A DNA stretch of 64,000 nucleotides from Naegleria gruberi (lineage: Eukaryota), in assembly GCA_000004985.1 (NCBI GenBank), contig GG738882.1. One strand, written 5' to 3'. Of this stretch, positions 33,524-43,148 are shown one piece after another; the first letter of the stretch is position 1; every line of letters starts with the position of its first letter. Under the pieces are notes generated by a model. The model ran no database searches. It worked only from the letters and a program-made list of their open reading frames with translations, and was not told the DNA's origin. Both the position numbers and the translations under genes were made by a program.

Positions 33524-35655
33524 TTAAAAGTTTTCCTTGTGGAAAACAAATTGAACAGTTGAGTTCTTGCTCTTATCAACAGCGTACGAGTACACCTGCT
33601 TTGAAAGACCTCCTGGCCCACAAACAAAGACACCCACATTTGGTTTCTTAGCTCCTGAACTATTCTTTTCAACATATCTTCTAATATCTGAGAATTCAGC
33701 ATCCCAATTAGGTCTACCAAAGTTTCTCTTTGAAGAGTCAGCCATCTTTGTCACATGGTCAACCTTGACAACAAAATTGCCAGGGAAGAGACCTGTTTGT
33801 TTGGTTGTAGTGTTGGTACCAGTCCACCAACCAGATTCATCTTGTTCAGATACAACAACGATATCATTTCTATCCAAACTAATTTCATCTGAGCTTTGAG
33901 CATCATATTTGTGCAAAGCACGAACCATAAAATCAACCTTACCAGATTGTTGAACATTACCAGCAGTGTTTGATTGAGTTTGATATTCAGAGGAAGTAAA
34001 CATAATCTTTTTAACATCATCTGCCTTAAGCATACCTGTCATGTATGTGTGAATATCAAAGAATTCTGGATTTTCAGTTTCAAGTTGATTCAAAATATCA
34101 GAGAACCATTCCCAACTTCCTTCATCACGATTAATCCAGTAGAAACTAGCACGACGAATCTTGAGAGGAGGAGCTTGCCCAGAAGCAGCAGCATCCAATC
34201 TAAATTTGAAATGTTTTAAAAGTGAACTGTATGGAGTAACACCAATACCAGCAGCAATCAACATGACATATTCAAAATCGAAACAATATTCAGCACAAGT
34301 ACCAAATGGACCATCAACACGAATTAAATAATCAGTTCCATCAGGAGTAGTTGGTTTGTTAATTTCAACTGTTGGTCTTTGAGCTGGATTGAAAACATCC
34401 ATCAAAGTATTGGTCCAATCACCAACACATCTAATGTGGAATTGTAAGAATTCTTCCTCAGGAGCAGAAGAAATAGTGAAAGGATGCCATTCGTGTTGAG
34501 AAATCATTGGACAATTCAAGAAACAATATTGACCTGATTCATATCTGAAACTTGGCTTTTCCAATTCCAAGTGAATAACACGTGATGCCAAACAGTGAAC
34601 ACGTTTAACAATGGTCATTTCAGAACCACGCAAATTTCTCATAACTCTTTCAAGAGCATACAATGCCTATGTAAGATCAGTTTCGTATAAAATCAAATTA
34701 TTAGAAACTTACCATTGGAATAAAGAACCAAGCCCAAAATTGCTTTCCATGAACCAACAACAATACGAAAAATACCACAAACAAGTGATGAGCATACCAA
34801 AAGACTGTAAAATTCTTTGTACGACGATAGGACTTGGCAGAGGCAGCATACATGACTAATTAAAATATATTAAACTAAACATTAAATAATATTACTAAAC
34901 ACATACTAAACATGACAATGCAGAGAACATTTCCTGTAGTTCCGTATTTGTTCCACCAACAAGCTTCCAAAGGAGTTCTAGCACTATTATATAATTGCCA
35001 ACAACAAGCATAATTGAGATAGTGTCCTAATGTGTGACCAATTACACATACTACAATCCTATATATTATTATTATGTTATTATATTATTATTATCATTAA
35101 ATATTGATACATTTCATCGTTTTTTTTGTGTATCATCATCATGAGATTCGAATAAAATTTCAACCATCACATCATTAAAAACTAAACTAAACTAAACAAT
35201 AAAACATACCAATAGGCCAAATAACGATGAAAAACCAAATTCTTATCTAATGGGAAAATCGAACCAAATTTCAAACTTCTAAAAACATTCAACAATGTTC
35301 TCATAGTTGGTAAAATCAATAGGGCACAATTAAAATTCAACAATTGGCCGAAACCTCTCGCCAAAGCCACATAGAAAGGAACCACCGTAACACCAGTAAT
35401 ATTAACCAACAGAAGAGCATAATAATATCTGACGAAAGCTTCTGTGAAAAGGAATAGATTCAAAATGACCCAAATTAAAACAACCACTAGTTTTTGACCC
35501 TCTGCTGACCAATAATTCATAAATTCATGTCGATTGGTGAAACGTTTCTTCCACTTGAGAAGGAATTTACGAACGGACGAAATAGATTCGGATGAGAAAC
35601 CATTGGCGAAACAGCCGTAAAAGAAGAAATCACAACAATTGCTAAGAGCACCCAT
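33524..35655 (-). CDS. NOX: NADPH oxidase (NOX/ferric-reductase superfamily), 4 exons, with an SH3 domain inserted in the NADPH-binding lobe
   Basis: Exon 1 (35655-about 35214) has TM helices incl. LNFNCALLILPTMRTLLN. Exon 2 carries the heme-ligand segment GHTLGHYLNY. Exon 3 carries FWYAHHLFVVFFVLLLVHG. Exon 4 (33524-34663) carries the FAD motif HPFTISSAP, the NADPH motifs GIGVTPYSSLL and CGPGGLSKQ, and C-terminal FVFHKENF (NOX2 FIFNKENF). Splice frames checked by hand. Confidence 0.8.
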
Positions 35656-36032
35656 CTTTTGTTTGTTTGGGTGTTGTGGAAATTTGTTGTTTGGTTTTTT
35701 TTTGTGATGATTTGATGAGTGACATTTAATAGCCTTGTCTTTCTACTTGATAAATCAGGTGAAATTTTTCCTTGACATTGAAAGAGAGGTGAGACAATCG
35801 TTTCCCTTTCTTCCTTTTAGACATGGATCATTTATGTTTGTATACTTTGTAACATTGGTTTGATTATCCAACCTTATTGTAATGTTAACTTGTAAACTAT
35901 TCGAAATGAATAGATATTTTGTTGACTCTTCTTATTTGTTCAAGTTTCTTTTAAAGACAAAAAAGTAGTTCGGTTTCTGATACTTCAAAACTGTACATAT
36001 CCAATTTTTAACAATCGAAACTAAACGAAACT

Positions 36033-37202
36033 TTATTGATGTAATTTACATCCAGGACACCTCTTTGGTCTATCCATTCCATGATAAATATCAGGTCGAG
36101 GTGCACCTGCAATCTTTAAAAACCCAACAGCTCCCTTCTCTATTCGAAAGATAGCATGATCCACAAATGAATAAGTTCCTGGCACAATTGCCTCAAACTC
36201 AATCATTGTTGCACCACCTGGTGGAACTTGTGTCACTTGTACATTTCTCTCTGGAGGACTCACTAAATCTCCCTCTCTGAAAACCTTATCAAAAATTGCA
36301 CCAATGACATGAAATGAGGAGGAAAGATTTGGACCTGCATTTCCAAAGTAGAATCGAATACGTTCTCCAGTGTTGGCAAGGAGAGGAGTATCAATGAGAG
36401 AACCTTCTCTTCCATTAAAGACGACATAGGTTGGTTTCTCATCTAATCCATTGGCATACGAATGTTCCATTAATTTTGGATCATCATCTGATGGTTCACA
36501 ATAGAATTCACTTTGCATGACATAGAATTCCTTATCTACTTTTGGCAATCCCTCTTCTGGTTCAACTAACATTAATCCATACATGCCATTACTTATGTGT
36601 GAAGGTACTGGACCTGCAGCACAGTGATAGATAAATAAACCTGAAGTTAATAATTTGAAAAATCCTGTTTTTTCTTCATCTTTTTCTGCCAATAACATTT
36701 CTGCACCTCCTCCTGGTCCTGTCACACAGTGAAAATCAATATTGTGAGCCATACCGGTTTCGTCCAAGTTTAGGTAATTGACTTGCATGACATCTCCAAC
36801 TCTTGCTCTGATAAATGGTCCAGGAACTGTTCCATTAAATGTCCAATATGGATACTTGTACTGTTTGCTGATTGGCTTCACTTCAATTGTGGTATCTAGA
36901 TTAACAACTAATTGAACTGGATAATCACGGTCAATTGGTGGAGGAATTCCAGGAGCTTTTGTTAAAATTGCTTCAACAACTGGCAACTCCAAATTTAATT
37001 CAGGAGCTTTCTTGAATTTCTTCATCATATTTTCAGGAAACAAACTATGTTTCTTTGGTGTTTCTTGTGCTTCAAGTAAACTATCACATTGGTATTTGTA
37101 GTATTGATAAACACCTGTGCCAACAGCACAGGTTAGACCTAGGGATAACACAATGTCAAAAGTCTTTGGTTTGACAGTTCTTAGTCTGTGGAACAGTTTC
37201 AT
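36033..37202 (-). CDS. nirK: Copper-containing nitrite reductase (NirK) with N-terminal presequence/TM anchor
   Basis: All T1/T2 copper ligands are present in the canonical spacing: HNIDFH (His95/His100), YHCAAGPVPSHISNGM (His135-Cys136..His145..Met150), SFHVIG (His255), VDHAIF (His306). N-terminus MKLFHRLRTVKPK + hydrophobic FDIVLSLGLTCAVGTGVY. ATG at 37202, TAA stop. Confidence 0.8.
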   Translation of the reverse strand: MKLFHRLRTVKPKTFDIVLSLGLTCAVGTGVYQYYKYQCDSLLEAQETPKKHSLFPENMMKKFKKAPELNLELPVVEAILTKAPGIPPPIDRDYPVQLVVNLDTTIEVKPISKQYKYPYWTFNGTVPGPFIRARVGDVMQVNYLNLDETGMAHNIDFHCVTGPGGGAEMLLAEKDEEKTGFFKLLTSGLFIYHCAAGPVPSHISNGMYGLMLVEPEEGLPKVDKEFYVMQSEFYCEPSDDDPKLMEHSYANGLDEKPTYVVFNGREGSLIDTPLLANTGERIRFYFGNAGPNLSSSFHVIGAIFDKVFREGDLVSPPERNVQVTQVPPGGATMIEFEAIVPGTYSFVDHAIFRIEKGAVGFLKIAGAPRPDIYHGMDRPKRCPGCKLHQ

Positions 37203-37779
37203 TAGTGTTGTATTGTTATTTTTTAATTGAAATGTTGAATAAAACTTTTTTTATGATTCTTTGATTTCCATTTGTCCTCTAACATAATCCCATTAGTACA
37301 GAGAACGGCTGTTTTTTAAAATATATAAAAAAGGTTCTGAGCGATGGATTATGATTTATTGGATTATGAGTTGAGTACTTAGAAGTATTTGGATAATTGG
37401 ATGCTGCTTATTGTTAAGTTCAGTTTAATTTTTGATTAATTTGAATTCAAAAAATTGGCCAAGTCTCCAGGGAATCTATCTCGTTGGATTCTGGTGTTGT
37501 TGGCATGTTGTTTATTCAATTCAATGACAAACTGTATGGGGTTCACATAAAAAATTCCCAGAGATGGGTTGAGCTTTGCTTAATTGCTTGTGCATGTAAT
37601 GAATAGTTACTGAAACTCAATTACAAACCCTTGAACCATTAATGAACGAGATTAGTTTCTTGAATAGTGTTCCCAATACGTTAAATCAAGCCTTTTCTAA
37701 TGAACGGACAGAAAGAAAAATAATAGTATGACATTAAAAACTGGGTGTGATAAATTTGTTTTAGAAAAAGTTAAAATTA

Positions 37780-37852
37780 TGCCGACACCAGGGATCGAAC
37801 CAGGGACCTTAAGATCTTCAGTCTTACGCTCTCCCAACTGAGCTATGTCGGC
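37780..37852 (-). tRNA. tRNA-Phe (anticodon GAA)
   Basis: Reverse complement is GCCGACATAGCTCAGTTGGGAGAGCGTAAGACTGAAGATCTTAAGGTCCCTGGTTCGATCCCTGGTGTCGGCA, near-identical to the eukaryotic consensus tRNA-Phe. T-stem has one U-U mismatch (51-63). Downstream T-run on the minus strand. Confidence 0.8.
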
Positions 37853-38003
37853 TTATTGAACATTGTATTTAGGACAAAATGATGATTCATATGATTCATA
37901 TACCATTTCTTCCGCAATAAAGCCGATTTATGCCTATTCAATCAAAATTCCTCATATTCGAAGTTGGTTTCCGATTAATTGATTTTAAAATCAACAATAA
38001 AAA

Positions 38004-38894
38004 ATGTTAACTTCCATTCAAGCCACATTCAAATCCCTTCCTAACAAATCTATCCGAGTAAGCAAAAACTGCTCTGTTTTGCCAAACTTTACCCAACATA
38101 AATTGTATAATTACTCTACAAGTAGCTTTGATCCTTTTGAAGGAAAAACCGAAGGATTAAACAAGATTGATTTTATTGATGTGTTGCCATCACAAGTTAC
38201 ATCATCTAATAGAACACTTCTTCCTCAAGATATGATAGCAGTGAATGAACAAAATGTTGGTGACTCATATTATAAACAAAATATTAGACAAAATGCCTTG
38301 TTGTGGAGAAAAAACATCAAGAAATTGAGAAGGGTTGACCTCGGACCAATCGGATCGGCCACCTTTGAGAATTATGACATTAATTGGTATGTAAATTAGC
38401 AAATTAATATTCTAATAATTTTTAAATTGATATATTTAAATAGGATTCAATGTCATGAAATGGTTCTAGTTGAAAAGGGATTAAATAGTCAATTTGTGGA
38501 CGAAGGTAAAGCTTATGATCCACTCATTCCAAAAGGAAAGGATATTACTATTACATTTATGTTTGAAATTGAAAATGAAGTTATTAGAAGAGCCACCCTT
38601 AAAAAGTTTGGTGATATTGAAAATAATTTCAAAATTCAAGTTTGTAAAAAGGCAACTGGTGAAATAATTTATACAAATTCTTGTGTTCCAACTGAAGAGG
38701 GAAGAACTACAAATTCTGGAATGACATCTGCTGTTCACTTTTTTACAGTTCCTTTCTCACAAGAGCAAATTGACTTTTTGAGAAATAATACAGATTCTAT
38801 TCGGATGAAGTTAACTGTTGATGATGAAAGATATCCTCATACTACTGTACTCAGTCCAGCACTTGTAACGGAATTGCTTAAAGAATTTGATTAA
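38004..38894 (+). CDS. Hypothetical protein, 2 exons (intron 38387-38442, GTATGT..AAATAG), possible organellar targeting N-terminus
   Basis: Hand-checked in-frame join ..DINW|IQCHEMVLVEKG... No motif recognised. Confidence 0.5.
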
Positions 38895-38895
38895 A

Positions 38896-39303
38896 TTAAT
38901 CCAAATCTTCACTATCAGTATCCTCATCTCCCTCTTCTTCACCTTTAAATGATTCAACTAATTGTTCATGCATATTTGAATATTCAATCACATCTTTTGG
39001 ATCTTCTGCAGATTCCCCTTTCAACCAGCAAAACATATAAACAATGGAAAGTAAGGAAAATGCAAACCCTGAAATTATTCCAATTCCAACTGCATAACAA
39101 GGTATTGCAAGAATAAAGTAAATTCCTCCTCTGAATAGATAATTACACCAAATCTTACTCACTCCTGGAATTTCTCTATAACAAGGACAAGGAAACTCAA
39201 AAGCAAATAGACAAGCTCCAATTATAATACAATAAATTCCCATATACCATCTTTCTTCCGACAGTAATTTCAATACAGCAATGATTCCACATAGAACATT
39301 CAC
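38896..39303 (-). CDS. Small multi-pass membrane protein (3-4 TM) with acidic C-terminal tail. 5' exon(s) probably upstream to about 39420.
   Basis: TM segments IYCIIIGACLFAFEF, GGIYFILAIPCYAVGIGIISGFAFSLLSIVYMF. Tail EEEGDEDTDSEDLD. GTAAAT/TGTAG-type junctions upstream suggest additional exons. Confidence 0.45.
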   Translation of the reverse strand: MNVLCGIIAVLKLLSEERWYMGIYCIIIGACLFAFEFPCPCYREIPGVSKIWCNYLFRGGIYFILAIPCYAVGIGIISGFAFSLLSIVYMFCWLKGESAEDPKDVIEYSNMHEQLVESFKGEEEGDEDTDSEDLD

Positions 39304-39557
39304 TTGAGTGGTAATAAGTGATCAAAAGGGAGAGATCTATTCAACCTACATATTGCAACAATGGCCCCAGCAATAAATAAGAATTTACCAAACTTTGGTA
39401 TGGCCCCAAGTTTGTTCTGTATAAACTTCTTTGCGAGCTTAAACTTTGTTGCGTTTGATACTGGCAAGGCTATTTATTACATCAATACAACACAAGCATC
39501 ATGATCACACCTTAGTCACATTTTCAACAAGGCTTTGAGAAAACTCACCAGAAGCTA

Positions 39558-40614
39558 TTGAGAGCATTTTATTTAAAAATACCACAAAAAAAACTCAACA
39601 CACTACCACACAGAGAATCAGACGATATGAATCACGTTACTGCTCATTACAAGCCTTTATTGGATCAAATTAATGAATTGGAAAATTCGAGAAGGCTTCA
39701 GGAATGCAAGCTGGTGGAAGAGAGGACAAGACACGCTAAGACTCTTAAGGAATTGGAGGAATGTAAGTATCGATGATTGTCAACAGATTTCTCAAAGGCT
39801 AACTTTTTCAGTCAACTTGAAGCATCAAAAGCTGCTCGCTAATGAAACATTATTGAAGGAAAAGATTACTCATTTGGAAGCTGATTTGATGCATGAAATC
39901 AAGACTGGTGAACAACTCAAGCAATCTGCCAAATACTGCAAGCAAGAGGAGGAGGTTTTTCAAACTCATTTGGCAAGATTTGAGGTGGAAAGTAATCAAG
40001 TAATGTAAGTTGAGAATATTAATTGTATAACCTAGTTGTGATGAAAAGTTGTGATTTGAAAAAGGAACTTGAGGATGCAGAGAAGAACTTTGAGAAGGCT
40101 TGTGAAATGTGGAACAATCGACAAAATGTTAGAGAAATGCAAATGTTGAAATCTCAAGTTGAAGAATATGAAGGAAGTAAGTAGTCAATGTTCAATAGTG
40201 ATAATTGTTTCAGGACTAAGGGCTGATGAGAGTGTGTATGAGGAAAAATTGAAGAGAATTAAAAGTTTGGAGGCTCAAATCAAGATGAAGAAGGAGCAAT
40301 CGAATGAGATGGACTCTTTCATCAAGTCTTTAGATGACAAAATTGCACAGATGCGTAATGATATCGAGAAGGCGAAGGGAAATTGTTCATTGGTAAATGA
40401 TGTTATTTCTACTGAACAGGCAGAGTTGGCCATTCAACAATTTATAACTGAGAGCACTCAACTTCAAAAAAATCTTGAAGATATCCAAAACTACAACCAA
40501 ATTACAAGAGAGGATATCGAGCACCACGAAAGAATGCAAGAAACCATCCTTCAGCTCATAGAATCAAAAATTTGTGAAGCTTGTTATCAACTTGAAAACT
40601 CAATGATAGATTAA
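39558..40614 (+). CDS. Coiled-coil protein, at least 3 exons
   Basis: Consecutive same-strand ORFs with heptad-rich sequence (LEAQIKMKKEQSNEMDSFIKSLDDKIAQMRNDIEKAK) and GTAAGT donors at exon ends. Exon joins not fully resolved. Confidence 0.45.
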
Positions 40615-41015
40615 TTTATTGAGCTAATAAATCTTTGAGATGAATATCAAATTCAATTAATAACAGAGTGGGATAGCTCCAAATCTGACGGACAGTGCAA
40701 TGTCTTATTGAAGCCAGCCAAAGTGTGCAATTAAGCACTACTCTGAACCCAACAAAAAATTGAGATAATAGTATTGCACCCCGTAGGATGCTTTCAGCTA
40801 TTACACTGAAAAGAACTGATACTACACTCGATCAAAGCCAATTGGCGAGAAAGATACTATGAAGAATTGAGAAAAGCACAGAGTATAAATAGTGCTGTTG
40901 TTATAAAGATAGGAATGTAGGTTCTTGTGGTATTGTTTTATTTTGATGAGTTTACCAATTGCTTGAACATGCAGCAAGAGGACAAAAATTCTGTTAAAAA
41001 AGCTAAAAAATTAGA

Positions 41016-41089
41016 TACCGACAATGGGGCTCGAACCCACGACCCCAGGATTAGAAGTCCTGTGCTCTATCCAACTGAGCTATGACGGC
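41016..41089 (-). tRNA. tRNA-Arg (anticodon TCT). Acceptor stem has a G1-U72 wobble and a U5-U68 mismatch.
   Basis: Reverse complement is GCCGTCATAGCTCAGTTGGATAGAGCACAGGACTTCTAATCCTGGGGTCGTGGGTTCGAGCCCCATTGTCGGTA. D-, anticodon- (CAGGA/CTTCTAA/TCCTG) and T-arms are canonical. Confidence 0.65.
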
Positions 41090-41188
41090 TTACATCGGTT
41101 TTCTCAACATTACAATTAACAACTTGAATGTACATGGATACTCAAGGAATACCTTATTTCTTTCCAATTATTCAATTTTTAATCACAT

Positions 41189-43144
41189 ATGATGGTGTTA
41201 CTGTTCTCAATTATTCATTCCTTCACAAACTCAATCATTTCGGTATTTAGGAAAAAAATGAGTGGTGGAGAATCTCAACTGCTACCAGCAGCAGTGGCAA
41301 CACCATCTCTTCTCTCAAATAACTCTCTGTCATCATCTTCTTCAAGTAATAGACAATTGAATGGTGGTGATTTATCATCAGTTATGATGGCTGCTCTTCA
41401 ATCTTCATCGGATCATTCTTTGGATCAATTATTTACCGATAATACTAACAATACATTTCCAACATCATCATCTTCAATAACACCAAATAATAGTGATAAT
41501 GCTACAAGTATTTTACTTTTCCTATCTAATGCAGGAAGTGTAATTGCAAAAAGCGAAATTGCTTCGGTTTCAGAAAGAGTAAAAGGCTGGATTAAAAAGA
41601 TTTCTCAATCAAGTAATCAAATTAGATTTCATTTACAATTTAATATTAGTTTAACTCTTGGACAAATACTTAAATATGGAATTCCGATTACTGCTGTATT
41701 ATTATATTGTATATATAAATTAATTAAATATGTAAAATATAAGTATTTAAGAGATAAATCAAAGGATATTTCAAATCCGAATAATAAGTATAGAATATCC
41801 TTACGAAAACTTTGGAAGAAGAATACAAAGGCTTCTAGTCAAGATATTATGGACCAATCTGATGAGGAAAACTCAATGTATAGTAAAAATGTAATTGTGG
41901 ATGATTCAAAATCTGTACAAACTAACTCGGAATATGCATTTCCTATTTCATCTAGTTATTCATTTAATGAGAAAACAATTAATGGTGTTAAGGGTGTAAT
42001 GCTCAATTCAGGAAGATGGTTATCATATGAAGAATATGGAAACACTTCAACTAAAACAAGAGTTGTCTTCTTTTTCCATTCTATTGGTCAATCTAGATTG
42101 GAAACTCCAACCAATGAACATGATAGTATTGGTAAAAGATATGGAATTAGATTTATTCATGTTGATAGACCAGGATATGGTCAATCAAGTCAACAAAAAT
42201 CAAGAAGTTTTTTATCATTTGCGAGAGACATTGCACAAATGTCAAATATATTAGACATTGAACAGTATTCAGTTATTGGAGTGTCTTCTGGAAGCTGTTA
42301 TGCATGGGCTTGTGCCTATTTAAATATTGATAATAAGGTAGTTTCTTGCAGTATATTAAGTGGAGAACTACCATACTTGTATATACCTCCGTCTCAAACC
42401 TCTAGGTTTCTAAAAGATACTTCATTACTTGTAAATTATTTACCGAAATTTATATTTAAAGGATTATTGAATACTGCACTCAAAAGTACTGTATTTAGTG
42501 AGCCTGAAAGATTTTCAGGATATGTGAGACAAAGTTCTTACTTTTCAAAAGAAAATATTGAAGATTTGCAAAACTTTTGCAGTAATTGCGTATTGAGCAT
42601 GAGAGAAGGAATGAATGCTTTTGGAGTTACAGAAGTAATCAGAGAGCTTAAAATGGAGAGAGAAGATTGGAACTTTTCACTTAAAGATGTATCAATACCT
42701 GTTCATATGTGGCATGGAGAACATTCTCTGATACTACCACTACCTTTGCTTAAATCTGCCATTCCAAGTTTAATTAGTGATAGGTACAATGAGTTTAGAG
42801 TAACAGAAAACAAGATCAACTCTCAAAAACAATCAAAAAAGTCATCAAACTCAAATACTTCCCAAGGTCTTCACAGAATAGGTTCTACAGAAACAATTGA
42901 GACGATGACAACCTCTGTAACTGTTGAGACAAAAACAAAAACTGAAGAGTCCTCAAACAATAATTACAGATACACAAATGTCAATCTTCATACTGTGGCA
43001 GATCATGGTCATTTGTTCTGGAGAAGTGCTACAATGTTTGAAGAAGTTGTCAAATCAATATCTGAACATTTGGAAACAATTTATGATAACAACAGCTATT
43101 TTTCAGAAACTACCTCGATATTTGAATTTAGAACTGACTTTTAA
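41189..43144 (+). CDS. Membrane-anchored alpha/beta-hydrolase fold protein. Probable true ATG near 41257.
   Basis: Nucleophile elbow GVSSGS in context VVFFFHSIGQS..HVDRPGYGQS..YSVIGVSSGSCYAWACAY. N-terminal TM ILKYGIPITAVLLYCIYKLI. Confidence 0.55.
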   Translation: MMVLLFSIIHSFTNSIISVFRKKMSGGESQLLPAAVATPSLLSNNSLSSSSSSNRQLNGGDLSSVMMAALQSSSDHSLDQLFTDNTNNTFPTSSSSITPNNSDNATSILLFLSNAGSVIAKSEIASVSERVKGWIKKISQSSNQIRFHLQFNISLTLGQILKYGIPITAVLLYCIYKLIKYVKYKYLRDKSKDISNPNNKYRISLRKLWKKNTKASSQDIMDQSDEENSMYSKNVIVDDSKSVQTNSEYAFPISSSYSFNEKTINGVKGVMLNSGRWLSYEEYGNTSTKTRVVFFFHSIGQSRLETPTNEHDSIGKRYGIRFIHVDRPGYGQSSQQKSRSFLSFARDIAQMSNILDIEQYSVIGVSSGSCYAWACAYLNIDNKVVSCSILSGELPYLYIPPSQTSRFLKDTSLLVNYLPKFIFKGLLNTALKSTVFSEPERFSGYVRQSSYFSKENIEDLQNFCSNCVLSMREGMNAFGVTEVIRELKMEREDWNFSLKDVSIPVHMWHGEHSLILPLPLLKSAIPSLISDRYNEFRVTENKINSQKQSKKSSNSNTSQGLHRIGSTETIETMTTSVTVETKTKTEESSNNNYRYTNVNLHTVADHGHLFWRSATMFEEVVKSISEHLETIYDNNSYFSETTSIFEFRTDF

Positions 43145-43148
43145 TAAA

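Noticed and set aside
40620-41015. Possible snRNA/snoRNA in the 400-nt gene-free stretch upstream of tRNA-Arg
   Set aside because: I compared it by eye with the U2/U4/U5/U6 conserved boxes and found no convincing match. It is probably just promoter/intergenic sequence, but this is not computationally excluded.
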